This document shows, piece by piece, positions 1 through 13,900 of a stretch of DNA of 64,000 bases. Made by a program: the position numbers and the translations under genes. The DNA is from Psilocybe cubensis (taxonomy: Eukaryota). The first letter of the stretch is position 1. Each line of letters opens with the position of its first letter. The DNA lies in NCBI GenBank assembly GCA_017499595.2, contig CM039001.1:4030001-4094000 (forward strand), in the 5' to 3' direction. The notes under the pieces were generated by a model. It worked only from the letters and a program-made list of their open reading frames with translations, ran no database searches and was not told where the DNA came from.

Positions 1-784
1 ATGACGGTCAACCTTTTCTTCAAGCCGGTCAATTGCCTCGAAGTTAAGAGTAAAATGCGTCCAGGAAACAGATATATCGTGCTGCAACACATTCCCAGCT
101 GATTTCTGATCAGAACATCAGATTGGGGAATTTCTTTGTGTAATTCACAGGATTCGGAAAGATGATTGTGGATGTAAGGAGCAAAGTGTTGAGGAGCAAA
201 ATGCGCGAACAAAGCGTGACTTCGCGAGTCGTGACTGACGTCTTCCGGGAATTTCCGAGATCGTTGTTTGGTTAACACTGCGGCACAAGCGGCATCCATC
301 CCACTGCGTCTGCTCATGGGCACAATTAGTAGATTGAGTCAAGTAAATACAATTATGGTTCGAATTTTCGCATTGAATTATGCTTTCTGCAGAAATTTGG
401 CAAAGATTACAACATTAAACTCTGAAAAAAAAAATCATTACGTTGGCAAGACCGAGAGCAAATAAAGGCCGGATCACACGGAACGAACACGGCATAATCA
501 TCCATACGTATCATGATGGCGCTGTATGAAAATTGAAATATGTATGGATATTTTTATTTTCTCAACATTTTGTTAGAGACTTCTGCAGAACCATCTCCGA
601 ATTGGTCAAAGGTGGGCTGGGTGTTGTCATATTCCGGAGTGTAAAGCGATCGGCGTAATTGTATTGCCTCCTCGCCGTTTTCGACTATTGGGCTCCTCAA
701 AAGCGTTGAGAAACACTCACTTCTGAATATTATTGTACAAGTTGTATTACATGTATGCGTTCTATGTCGGTATCGTCATATGTC

Positions 785-2082
785 TCACCTCCCAAATGCT
801 GTACTATGCTCGATCGCCAACTCCTCTGCGCCCTTTTCGCTGTCCAAGACCTGAGAGACACTGTCGCTCGCCGTGTTTGTTGCTTGAGACTGGAATACAA
901 GATCTGTTCCCCTACTGCGCTGTGTTTTCTGATGCAAATCTATGTCGGACGCCGCGAGATTTACGCGCGCGACCATGATTGTTGGCGCCATTCCCTATTA
1001 AGAGCACATCGCGTTAATATCACTGGCTCTATGATTAGTTTTCTTGGAACTCACCGCAATTGGTATAAGTATGATTGCTGAATATCCCTGTAGCCCGAGC
1101 ACTCTCGTACTACTAATCGAAGCAGGGATGGCAACTGCGACCGCCTGAACTAGCAGTGCCATTGAGTAAATGAAGACGGATTGGACGAGCATCTCGATTA
1201 TCTGTTTGAATTTCCTATGCGAAGACTGTGCATCGGTGTCGGCAAGGTGGTTTATGCGGTAGGCAATGAGGAAGGTTGCCGCCAGACTGGTTGCTGCTGA
1301 TAAGATGTATCCGGAGGATTCTAATCTGTCTACTACCAGAGCTTGGTGGTGCGTTGGCTCAGCCCTGGTAACAAGCAGGATAATGATGGAAGCGATAAAT
1401 ATCCCTGATAAAGATGATGAGTGTGGAGTGATAGGACGTGTCATTAAAGAGACATACCAAATTCAGAAAAAAGTAGGAACAACGGTAAAGATATAACTCT
1501 ACTTGAACGTCCCCATACATGGAAACATCTCCATATCTGATAAAGGGTTTATTTAATCCAATACGTGCTGTCGCTTATAAGAAACTACACACCAATAGGC
1601 CATCTGCGAGCGTAAGCATGATGAATACGAAGAGATTGTTTAGTACGTGTAGCCACCTTGGTAGAACCAAGATGGCGGTGAATATATGCTCTCTAGTATC
1701 TCCGTTTTCCACGAAGAACCATCGCATAAATGCCCATTCGAAACCGAAGTTCGCAATTCCCAGAATATACATAAGACTGATAGCGTACACGACAACCTTC
1801 TTTGACGGTTTTGCTCTCGACACTGTCGCAAGAAAGTCAGTCATTCAAAATGAGGCAGTAGTCAGAAGCAAAAATACAGAAACTTACAGCAAATATACAT
1901 TGTGCCTAGGTAGACAATAGTGTACATTCCTATTTCCAACCTTTGAATATTGTACATATGGAATCATATAGGGCAGGGTACGCACCAATCATGAGTGTCC
2001 CTAGCATACTCGCATTGAGACGCGAATCAATTTCCGTTTTCTGGACGGAGACATCTGGCAATGGACCTCCATGGCTTGACAT
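785..2082 (-). CDS. Multi-exon, multi-pass membrane protein of an Agaricomycete-expanded family (paralogue 1 of 4; 'DGLL-IWRC' type)
   Basis: ATG at 2082 (MSSHGGPLPD). Exons encode KKVVVYAISLMY...NGDTREHIF...LADGLL, ATFLIAYRI...IIEMLVQS and APTIMVARV; GT-AG introns lie at positions equivalent to those in the other three paralogues. Confidence 0.8.
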
Positions 2083-5000
2083 TGTTAGCGGGTCTGGATT
2101 ACTGGGAACCTTTCGCTAGCTTGTCCGTCTGTCTGTGTGGATCTTAAGTACATCGCTACAGCTATGAATAGCATACCTCTGAGAGCTAAAGATCGACTAT
2201 ATCTCACGAAATTATGGATTGACAGGCACAAAAACTCTTGTTTGACAAACTTGGTTCCAATTTGAGTGACAATTTTTAAAAGGGTTGTAGTTCGCAGAGC
2301 TGGTATAACATTTATCTGGAGGTTAATGTGCAGTCCTGGTGGAAACGAAGTGGTAATGAGTATGAGTTAAAATTGTAAACGGGAATGCAGTGAAGCACTG
2401 GTGTACAAACGACTCAGACCTGCGCATTATACAGAAAAATATATAGTAACGCGCTGGGTTAGAGTATTTAAGTAGCGTTTATATTGTGATATTGACTACG
2501 ACCCTTTTATAACTCTGGTTTCCAGCTATCTGACCGCAGTACAAGCAGCTGTGCTGAATCACATCCGGTATAACGGTATATCAGGACCCCATCTGCCGAA
2601 CCCACGATAACTCCTATTTTTACATCGAGTCTCTATCAAATAGGAAGAAATTTCCAACGTACCTGATACGCCTAATGACACCGCGATCGAAGTAAAATGG
2701 TAAATTTATCCTCTGTAGGTCAAGGGAAACTGGAGTAGCATGAACATGAGGATGTCCTCATGAGTCACCCCACGATGATATCTTCCAATTTCTCATTCCC
2801 TGCAAGTAGAGAATTTGTAGAAGCTTTTATGTAAGTTTCTTCACCAATCTACTTTTCTCCCTCCCTGAAGTCGATGAGGCATTATTTGAGAGCACAGATT
2901 GTCATGATCGCCCATAGCACTAACGATGATGTTATTGACTCTCAGGAACCGATTTGTTTCATCAAATTATCCAATTGTGAGAACAGTTGCAAGTTTTGCA
3001 ACGATGTTGATGTTGGTGGCCTTTTTACGCTTAATACTCCACAGAGCCCGGAAAATGTCAAAACTTAAAATACCCACGACCCATTGTCAGCAGTCTGTTG
3101 TATAAGTTCTACTGAATTTCCCTGCATCTGCCACTTATATCCATAGGAATTTAGATACCGATTAGCAGTCTCTTGAAGTAGAAGTATATGTAAAAAGCAG
3201 TTGTAATGTAGTTTACATTACGAGTCTGAGCGGACGAGCAGGTGGCTGCCATGGAAACTTGATCAAGAAGCTTCATGTCCAGGCGTGGGTATTTCTCAGT
3301 ACCATTACCAGTTAGACATTCGTTTTCCCGCCTTTCAATGCCCCGCCGCTTCTTTTTAAAGTATCTCGAGTCAATGCAGCTCCTGGGCCGAGTAAGAAAT
3401 AAGAACCATAATTCCGATGCCCAATCCCTAGCTATATGAATCAGAAGAACAGGAAGAGATGATGTATTTGTATTGGCACTTTTGTCTAAGTCTTAAGTCT
3501 GCCATCCGGATTTCTGGCTGGTGAGAATGACATCACATTCCGGACAAGCATGACCTCGGCCGAAAAGGTTTTTGCTCTAACCGAAGTGACGTAATCCATA
3601 TTTTTCCCACGCATGGGCAACGAGTAGTACGCACTCGTTCTCAAATTCATGTGGAAAGGTTCCAACCCCATCCACTGGCTCAACGTCTACAATGGCTCAA
3701 CCTTTAGGCTTTGAAATTCTCTGCGGACTCCTGATCAGCCAGCAAAGAGACCTTAGACTTGCCTGAAACTTTTATCTCAACGAGAATCAGGTTGATATCA
3801 GAAGTTATTATATGAGTGTGGATGAAAATGTAACGTATCTCGACTTCTTCAGTCAATAGTAGGTGTTACGACAGTTGTAGAAGACTCTTCGAGCTGATAT
3901 AAATCTATACCTTACGCAACACAATAGCTATAAAATTAACATAGCACAGCTTCCATGATTAACCAAGGCAATAGTGTAGTCGACAATATTAAAACTGCTG
4001 CCTTTCAATTATTCCGCTCCCTGCTTTATACGTCCACGGTTCTGAGGTGATCTCCACATTCGAAATTGATAGATGCTTGTGTTTCTTTGACTTTCCAAAC
4101 CATTCAAATACTATATGAATACTATATGTGTATTTATATCAACGGTCCTCGTTCTGGCCCAGCGGAGTATCCTTCCAATTTAAACATGTTGCGACCCAGC
4201 CGGGGCAACTGAATAACCACCTTCTTCGATGTACTGTACAAATCTTTTGATATAATTGCCTCTCCATTTGTGGAGGTAACACCTACTCAGTGCAATAGTT
4301 TTACTCGGCCGCGCCTATCTTCCTTTCTCATACTTGATTCCTATAGATAGCCATAATATCTTGGCCTTGTGATGTATTACATGGGCATTCAGGCAGGATC
4401 TAGTTCTACTTTTCCCTGATGATCCGAAGGCAATTTTTTTTTAAAAAAAATTTATAGACTTTTTTTTTTTTAATATTAAAAAAAATTAATGGCCAGCGAT
4501 ATCCGACGATACAGCGCCCACCTGGACTGTTAATCTGTCAATGTTTGCTTCCATTTTATTTTTTGCTGCTTCTTCTCTCCCATCCTGTTCTAATACCCTT
4601 CCTAGATAGTATTCAGTTGTCTAGTCAGGGTGTTTTAATCGCGGTGATTCATCCGATAATCATTGTCATCATTTATCTACTCACAGAGAGATATCATGTC
4701 GTTATCTGATACAAATTGAGTCAAGCGCAACCCTGAAAATTTATCGTTGGGACTTATGACAACTGCTTCATCGCTATGACGGCCAGCAATCCAATGATAT
4801 CATTTATTGAGACGCAAATAGATATAAGTGCTGTAGAGATAACGCAGTAGGCCTTATTTGAATTGGACATCTTTAGTCAAAAAAAAAAATAACACTTACC
4901 GACGGGATCTGTATCCTTTTATTACCAGTAAAGATGTGCATACATATTCGTGGATCAAATATTCTGTAGCTTTTAAAGGAAAAAAACAAAACACATGTTC

Positions 5001-5231
5001 GCCGGTTTGGTCGTTCTACGTTCTAAGCGCCAAAGCCCCGTCCAATCCACGCCAGAGGGTTTGACAGATGAATGTCTTGTCAGAAAAATAGAATCAATCA
5101 AGCCCTCAGGGGCTGTCAAGGGGTTCGATCAAAACGTAAGGCTTTCCTATTTTACCCTTTTTGGTTGGCTAGTACAAATACTGACGCTGGTCATTGTTTT
5201 TTTCATAACCGGCATCTACAACTGCCTCATT

Positions 5232-6564
5232 ATGCCCACTCCTAGCAGAACTTTTCCATCCGTCATTGAAGGATATACAATCAGCGGAAGTCTCAATGCT
5301 TCAATGTTCTACAACTTTCTTATGGGTACGTTTCATTTTTCTTACCACAGAAAATGCGAGCCAATATATTTTCTGTCCAGGAATATACACACTCGTTTAT
5401 TTCGTAACAGTTCATTTCTACCGTGAGTTATTTGATGCAAGTAGCCCAAGATCAACCTAATGCTATTAGAATTCAGGGTCGAAGAAGTCATCCAATACGA
5501 ACTATCGGGTGGTATTGACAACAATCTCAGTGTTATACGTATTTGCGTTCTTGAGCTTTGTTTTTCAATGGTACTTCCTCGATATCTCATTCATAAACAA
5601 TGGAGATACCAGAGACTCTATCTTCTGGGCATCGGAGGATGTTCCTACCTGGTTTCGGGCAATGGTTGCATTTCTACAGAACTTCACGTTTGTTATTTCT
5701 GATGGGCTATTGGTTAGTCATTCTTCTTGCTCAATTTTAACTACCATTTGATACTTCAATTGGTAGATTTGGAGGTGCTACCATGTGTGGGGACAATCCA
5801 AAAGAGTGATCGCTATTCCATCACTTCTTTTGATTGCGGAGCTTGGTACGGCGTTCAACCGTTTTGTTTGACCTGTTTACTCGAACTAAGTAGTATTGCA
5901 GCAATCTGTATTACCAGTACCATTTTAGACGCTTTGGCAGATCTTCTTACCAGTACTTCAAGTGTTGCTCCAGAACACAACCTAGCGACCGCTCTCGCGT
6001 TCATGTCGTTGGGAACCACAATGTCTGCAACATTTCTCATTGGATACAGAATCCAGACGGCTTCTGGCACTATTTGGAAATCAAAAACGCGATACAATCG
6101 CATCGTGGCTACTATTCTTGAATCATCTGCAGTGTATTCAGTTGTCCTTTTCTTGTATGCCATGGCTACTGTCATCCCACCGTTTTATACCGTAGAGTCC
6201 CCGTTATCAGAGGCGCAGTTCTATATTGCAGCGGCACTATCTGTTGTATCGGTACGTTGTACATAAATTGCTACGGGACATGATAAGCTGTTGTGCTGAT
6301 GTGCGATCTGTCTTGCATCAGGGAATGGCACCTACGGTCATGGTGCTGCGACTCGCTATATCTAACACCACGGAGAATACAATACCCTCTAATGCAATTC
6401 CGCATTTTTCAGGGTTGAATTTCAATAATTCCCAGGAAAATAGCAACGTAACTGGCAGTATCAACATTGACGGTCCAGGGAAAAAGGATAACTCCTCGGT
6501 GAACGGAGAAGTACAGAAATTAGACCGATCCCCCAGCAGCACGGCAGCACAGAGCATGGTATAA
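5232..6564 (+). CDS. Multi-exon, multi-pass membrane protein, same family (paralogue 2)
   Basis: ATG 5232 (MPTPSRTFPS...LNASMFYNFLM). Exons encode NGDTRDSIFW, ISDGLL|IWRCYHVW, ATFLIGYRI...ATILESSAVYS and GMAPTVMVLRLA; stop at 6564. Confidence 0.85.
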
Positions 6565-7556
6565 TCTTTATTGATTTCGTCGCTTCCATTGGCTTGGCGG
6601 GAAGAAAGCTGAAGTTTGAAGCATTTATAAAATTATTTAAAATATACTCGAACTCACTCATTCATTTCTTGAATGAAGTGGTTTTTTCACAATTTTACTT
6701 AGATGTAGTGACATTGACAAACTTGCCTTTTAACTGAGTGTACATTCCCCCCTTTCCTGTTGATCAGGATTTCATGTAGAAAATGCCAAATTGCAATTAC
6801 CGGAATAGCCTTCTGTAATTCGATCTTAGTGTCTTTTTTCCTCCTTCCTACAAAAGAGGCGACAAGGTTATTTATTTAGTCTTCTCAACATTGGTTCTCC
6901 ACATTACTGCCATGTCCTCTACTCCGCTTTTTTGAATGCAATGCTATTGCCAAGCGAGTCTAACACATTCTATCCTAGTGTTTCCATTTATTCGCCATCT
7001 CCGATGCTTTATAGGAACAGGTACTGCTTCAACTCCAGCAGCGTTCATATGACACAAACGAGGTATATCGGATAAAGTACAAAATGAAGAAGACCAAGGC
7101 TTTATACAACACACAAAATCTACAAATCGAACCTCAAAATGTCGTCATCGTATTATGTACAAAGGTTGAAAGATATTGAGAAGAAGGACAATGCTATGGT
7201 CATCACTGTTCATGCATGCAAAAGGGGATCGTGAAGGTCGTGAAGAAATATGACGAAAAGGAATCTGATGGGTCATAAGATGGTCGTAAATGGGAGGTAT
7301 AAGAAAGCTAGAAAGCGACCAGAATCGTGAATTGTGATGAAGGGTATAAATGAAATAGTGAAATGAGATGTTTTTTTCTTCAAATCGCTGAAAAAATGTT
7401 CAGAGTCCCAAGATAAACACACAAAAAACCCAAAAAAAATTGAACCATAAATCAAGAAGACACTGCTTCGAAGGGGAAATGCATAACGAGATAGATAGAA
7501 TGTTGAGTGGGAAAAGCTTCCAACGAGGTAGGAGGCACCAGGTCCGAGTATGTGTG

Positions 7557-10500
7557 TCATCGGCACCCAGAATCTTCACCTTGTACTGCCAAAATCACTT
7601 CCTCTCCCCGCCAATTCTCCAATCTAATTCCGCGCTCCTCGCAGCTCTTTAAAACACCTCCCCAAAATCTATCTATCTGCCTCTTCTGCGCACGCTCGAC
7701 ACGACGAACACGCTCAGCATGTACACCCTTGATAGAGTGCTTTTTAGGTGGAGAAGAAGGGAGCCAGTGCATTCGTGGGGATGACGGCAAGGGCGGCGAT
7801 AAGGACAGAGAGCAGGAATCCGAAAAGGCCATTGAAGGCGATAGCCTCCCCGATTTCCTAATCATATCGCTCTCCCAGCTCATATCACACACACGTGCGA
7901 GGGATGGGAAAGCCTCCCGCCGTAATAAGCTCCCAAATTGCTCGGCGAGCATGAAGAAAGGGTAATCTTCACCCCCATTTCGTACACCAGCATCAGAGGA
8001 AGCACCAACACGGACAACACCATCGACGACCTCGTACACATATGCACCGCCCGCTCTTCTTTCTGCGTCTTCCCAATCAGACCTGACCCGCCGCTCGACG
8101 CCACGTACCCCGATACGCTCGAGACCAGGATGCGCAGGCAGCAGAACATGCGGTGCAATCCAGTCCGGTGACAACCAGCTCCATTCCGCGTCTGCACTAC
8201 AAATGAACGTCGACAGGTTCGGACACCACGCTGCAAGAGGGATACTGGGCGGCTCGTTCTGTGGGCTGCTCGTGGCGGTTGAACTGTCTGAGGGGCGCTG
8301 GGTGACCCACGCCTCCTCCTGGCCAAGGTCTGCGCTTGAGTGTCCGAGTTCGAGCTGCTTGATTTTGGCACCGTGCATTTCGAAGAACGCACGGAATCCG
8401 TTTCCGCGGTACCCAAAATCGGCGGAGGTGATACACAGTGCAGTGAGCAGGGGCATGGACCAAGTCGAGAGCACTGCGAACGTCGTGTTGTCGAGCGTGA
8501 CCGTCAGCGTGCGGAGGGCGGGGAGGGTAAGCGTCGGCCCATCAATATCAGACGAAGTTGGAGAGTGTGATACGAAGCTCCGTGTCGTCGTCGTCGTCGT
8601 CGTATATCGTGCAGTGAGTTGCGTGAGCTTCAAAGCACTGACCCTCGATTCGAAGTGGGTCACGAAACTCAACCCCATACCGTTTTGATTTAATTCTTCT
8701 TCTTCTTCATCACCTCCATCTCCGAAATGCACACCCCACTGCCTCTCCTCACTCGTATTCCTGCTTCCCATCCCAAACGCACTTTTCCCACTGACAACAA
8801 CCTCCAATTCCTCCAACCCTTCCCCAACACCTCCCTGGGCACCCAATCGCCGTGCAAGCACATCTTCATAAAATCTGTGACCCCCGTCATGATTCATAAC
8901 ATCGTATTCATAATTCGTCCACGTGAGCTTCTTGAGTGGTCGCGCGAGAAGAGTGTCCAGAAGTGCGTCGGTAGTGAGTAGGTCAGAGTCCGTGTGCGTT
9001 TCCAGGGCTTGCACTCGTGAAGCAGCAAACGGGGCTACGGGCGATAAACTGAGCACAAGAGGATGCATCGGCCTCCTTACACTCCTCGCGTCCACAAACG
9101 TCTCCAGCCGCGGGCAGTGTTGCAGGATCAGAAGGAGATCATGCGGCGAACAGCGCTCCATGCTCGGCGTCTCGATGTGCAGTGCGCGAATGTGGATGCC
9201 TGGGTTGCAGCTTCGAACTTGAGAAATGGTGGGAGCGGATGTTGACTTTAAGGAGGAGGCCGAGACGGGTGATGGTTGTGCAATATTACTGTCCTTCGTC
9301 GCCATCCGCGAGCGCCCACGCACACGTCCGAACCAGCCCATCTTCCTCTTTTTCTCACCTCTACCTCCCGCAAACACAGTCGTACTCACTTCTCCACCCC
9401 TCAACCCTTCTAAACAGGCATCCCCACCCAACCTCTCCGCGACCAACCTCCCCTGCCGTGCACTCCCAATCCACACGACCTCATACATCGCCTCCTGCAC
9501 CACCAGGTTCCAAAGCCTACACACGCGCGAGATGGCGTCGGCGTGGCGCAGGCGCGCGGTGTACTGCGCGCGCCGGATGTGCTGTGGGATGCTGGGTGAT
9601 GCGGGCGCGGGCGCGGACGCCCAGGTAGAGTCGTTATCGCTTTTGTTTTTGGTTTCTCTGTCATCGGAAGAAGACGCAGACGGACGATTAAAGTACGCCG
9701 CGCACGAATAGCCAAATATCAGCGCCCATAGCTCCACAGGGAGTGAAGGCACAAATACACCCAACACGCGCGGCTTAAGTGCTATACTCTCCTTTATGCT
9801 CTCATTGCTCGGTCGCCGGCGTACCGTCATGGTAGTGCTCGTGGATGTCGCTGTGGCGGTAACGGAGGCGGTGACAGTGGAACTAGAACGAGCACCCGAG
9901 CTCCAACTTCCTTTTACGTTTACGTTTCGATTTTGATTTTCGCTGAAGGTAACAGATTTGCTGGCAGTGGCAGTGGCGTCCGTGTCAGCCTCCGCGTCCA
10001 AGGTTTGCATCTCGACTTCGTCAATACTGCGTCCCAAACGCCCTCGTTGGACTACTTGTCGAAAAGGAGGTAGGGAAACGGGAAAACAGAGCACGGATTT
10101 AAGCCCACACTCCTGATTCCGATCCAAATCAGAGGTCGTACGTGTTCTGGTCATAGTCCTAGTGGAATGTCAGCAAGGTATTTGAGGATGGTGATGACGA
10201 TGGGGTGGTATCCAAGGTGGGAACAAGGACAAGAACAAGTGAGGTCGGGAAGAAACAAGGGTGGGTATATGAATAACAATAAGAATAAGAATAGGATTCG
10301 GTATAGGATTATGGGTAGGGATAAGAATACGATTAAGAGTACAGAACAAGGGAAAAGAATCACAGAAAAGCAAGAGTAAGAGCAAAAGTAAAAAGCAAAA
10401 GCAAAAGTAAAAGCAAAGACGACAGATAAGAATAACGGCGAGCAAGAAGGATTTGGTTGACGATAAAGCTGAATGATGATGATGGTAAATGATGGTGGTG

Positions 10501-12034
10501 CAGACTTGGGCGATGATGCGGCGGGTCGTGGGTCATGGATGGTAAAAACGGATGTGACGCCTGCCCTCCCGACATGGACGGCCATACAGATGACAGGCGA
10601 CAGGCGATAGATGGTTGGATGGACGGACGGGTAAACAGACACACCCATCCAATCTCGTCTCAACACGTCCCATACAAAAAATAAAAAAGAAAAGGAAAAG
10701 AAAAAAGTAAAGAAACAAGAAAAAGTGATAGGAATGATGGAACCAAAGGCCAAACAAACAATACCCAAGCGCTGACGCCCAAGGACAAGGCGGCCCATCA
10801 AACACCTCCTATCCCACATCCCAGGTCCACCCACGAAGGGGCCCATCGCCTGAGTCCTCATTGAACCTCCCCGTTTAGGTCCAGGTACAAGCCAGGTACC
10901 AACATCCAGGGTCGGGAACGCGAAACTCAGAAGCACAGAAACACGATCGCTCAATGAACGAATGTTCATATACTGAATGCGCCAATGCATGCTTGCAGTG
11001 ATGTCGCACTAAGTATCGATAAGACGACAAGCGAGAGGATCGACGTGTTGTGCTTGAATGTGGGGGAGCGGGTGCGGGGTTGGATAGGAGGTGAAGGAAG
11101 AAGAACAATGAAAAAAATGAAAGCATTTAACGGACAGAATACGGGTGTTGGTAATGTAAGACAAAGCAAAGTAAAAGTAAAAACCGAAACCCCAAAAATT
11201 GGGGTACGATGAAGAAAAAGAGAAGAGATATAAAAAAGAAGAAAGGCGAAAAGAAAGGAAATTAAGAAAAAATCATTCAAGAATAAGCGGAACGGAGAAA
11301 GGAGAAAGCGGCAAGGAAGAACTGGGGGACACTCACCGTCGAACATTGTTGTCCATCCCTATGCCAATTCCGTCATCCTCTAGCTCCAACCCCCTTTGTT
11401 TCTCCTCCCCCTCCCCCTCCCTCTCTCGAACCCCAACGGAACATATCCGCGTACCCATTGTCATCTTGAATCGATCCTCAAGCAAACCATTGCCAGAACC
11501 GGAACCTGAAGTGGCAACATACGCGGATGCGGGAGCGGGAAGCTTGTATACCCGGCGGCTGCCACTGACGTGTGGCGTGCGTGTGGCCGTGTGCGGATGA
11601 ATCGAAGGCCCACGTTCAGCAGGACTAGTAGGTGTCGTGGCTGACACCGACATCACCTTTGGCGTTGACATTGACGTAGAAGATTTGGAGGACTCGGACG
11701 TGGACGTAGAGATGGAAGCTGAAGTAGGCATGCAAATGGACGTCGAAGCGGGCGTAGATATGGAAGTGGCAGAGAAATGTGATGTTTGTATAGGGGAGTT
11801 TACCAACCCCAAATTCGAGCTATGCCTGCAGTGCAAATTCAAGTGCAAGTGCGATGTACGGTGCTCTGCACAACATTCACAACTAAAAGAGGTATCTGGA
11901 ACAGCAATGCACCTAGTAAGAACGTGGTCTCTACAGAGATAAAGACGGTGCCGTGGGCGCTCACCTGCAGCGCCGGTGTCCGGGGAAGGGAACGGTGCTA
12001 GATGCGTGGATATCGAACGTGTAGATGGGTGCAT
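7557..12034 (-). CDS. F-box-like/LRR(RNI)-like protein, two exons (12034-11337 and 10158-7557)
   Basis: The 865-aa ORF has an F-box-like motif (LPVELWALIF...SRVCRLWN) followed by LRR-like segments (CPRLETF, LPALRTL, CPNLSTF). The upstream Ser/Thr-rich ORF ends at a GTGAGT donor that joins in frame to a CTGAC...TAG acceptor at 10159. Exon 1 is less certain than exon 2. Confidence 0.7.
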
Positions 12035-13900
12035 AGTTATATTTGTGTCGCCACCGAACAAATGGCGTGGAATGAGTCAACGGATGTGTGTGTGTGGTTG
12101 TGGATTGAAGGTCGTAGATGCGAGAGGTTATAATGGTACGAGCGCCTCCTCCTCCTATCGTCTAATGCCCGCGAAGGTCACCTGGCCCCCGCCGCGCACC
12201 GTTTTCGTTCCTTGCACCGACTCTCGTCTCAACACAAATCGAAATCGAAATCCAATTTGGAAACACCCCGAACGTCGTCCAGACGAAAGTCTTCAAATTT
12301 TCAATAGAGCGGTAATCGCAGCCATGAACAAATGGATCTGATACGAGCACAGTGTAAACCACCCTCTAGACTTGTGAGAGAATGATTCGAGAAGATGGAG
12401 GAAGAAAGGAAAGGGACGACGGAATGGAGGGGAGAAATGGAAAGCTGGAACCGGAATGGAGGGGTCGTGAGCGATGTGTCCAACCTTAACCCTTTCCCAC
12501 GACATCCGCGCCGAGCCTCAGGGTACCTTGCCAAGGCTGCCGCTGCGCGAAGACCTCTCTTCCCAACTGGATATTAATAACGGAAGCGGAAGTGTAAACA
12601 ATCAAGCCGGGATGACCGAATGCTCGAAAGGAAACTTGAAAGAAAGGCGGATAGGATAGGATAAAATTATTACAGTAAATTAAATTCTGAGAGGAATGAA
12701 GGTTGGGTAAGCACCAGCGCGTAGACGCCGTAGAGCACATAGGCTGTCTGAATCTGTTTACGACTATGCAGGTATCGACCATTGGCATTGAGATTGGCAG
12801 CGAGCGAGCAGGAACTTGGATGTAAGAGGAGTGCGCGTATACCTCAGTTCATCACACCTTGTCTCACCTCATCTCACTCGCGGGCTTCTTCCGTGCTCTG
12901 CGTGGGTACAATTATACATAGCTGGATGAAGAGCGTGTTGAACCAAGGATAGCTGTGGATATGGATGCTGAGCGCTCGACTTCGACTTCGAATTCGACCG
13001 TGATGCCAATAACAATGCGTTGTTGACTGTGTATAAATGAGAGTACAGGGCCGAAATAACTGACGATATCGGACGCGACACCACATGGACGCGGACAGAC
13101 GAAAGTCGGGATCTACTACTCGTAGTCGAGTACTCTCTCCCCAAAGGATAAGCTTAATCCTGAAATCCATCAAGGGCGGTAATATAATGTAAATTAAAGT
13201 AAATTAACAATGGTATTTTATCGGGTTCACATTTTCACCCGTCCAAGCCGCCTGTAGCCGGATGAATAACATACAAATATATATATATTAATCCGATACA
13301 TAGTTTAGGCACCGTTGGTACACCATCATCGCGGACGCTGGGTCGCGCTCGGAGGCACAACTACGCCGCGTCACCGTGATTTTCCTATGCGTGGGATCGG
13401 TAAGCACGCATGCATGAAGATGAGTCTAATTCATATACATGATCATGCGCAGAGCATGCCAATGTAAAATATCCAATCGACGCGTCTGGGTTTGCTGCAA
13501 CTTTCCTCTCGTTGACAACATTAGGCACTCAGGCAAAGTTCAGGCTTAAGCTCTCAGTCTGCCAAAGCGTGCAGTTCGAAATAGTGGGACACATACAATT
13601 TATTCATGTACACGTCAGTGAGAAACATCGACATGTTAGGGATGACATGATCGAGAGGTATCAAATATCTGTAAATAAATACTATGTTTAACCATTCAGT
13701 ATTCAACGCCATTCTAAGAACAATTCACAACGACGCGCACAAGGCTAACAAATTCGACGAAAACACTTCTAAAGATGTATTTCGCATTGTCACTGGTAAT
13801 ACAACATGGTATAGACACCTCAACCAATACCAAATCACTCCATATCCATAATAAGTAAATAAGAAATCCAAATTCAAGACTGAAACCGCAAATATGCCTT

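Noticed and set aside
2600..4400. Splice-like signals and short ORFs between membrane paralogues 1 and 2
   Set aside because: No continuous frame or recognisable family could be assembled.
10151..11346. Hydrophobic Phe/Leu-rich ORFs (279 aa and others) on the minus strand
   Set aside because: By-product of the pyrimidine-rich probable intron; low complexity and no recognisable family motif.
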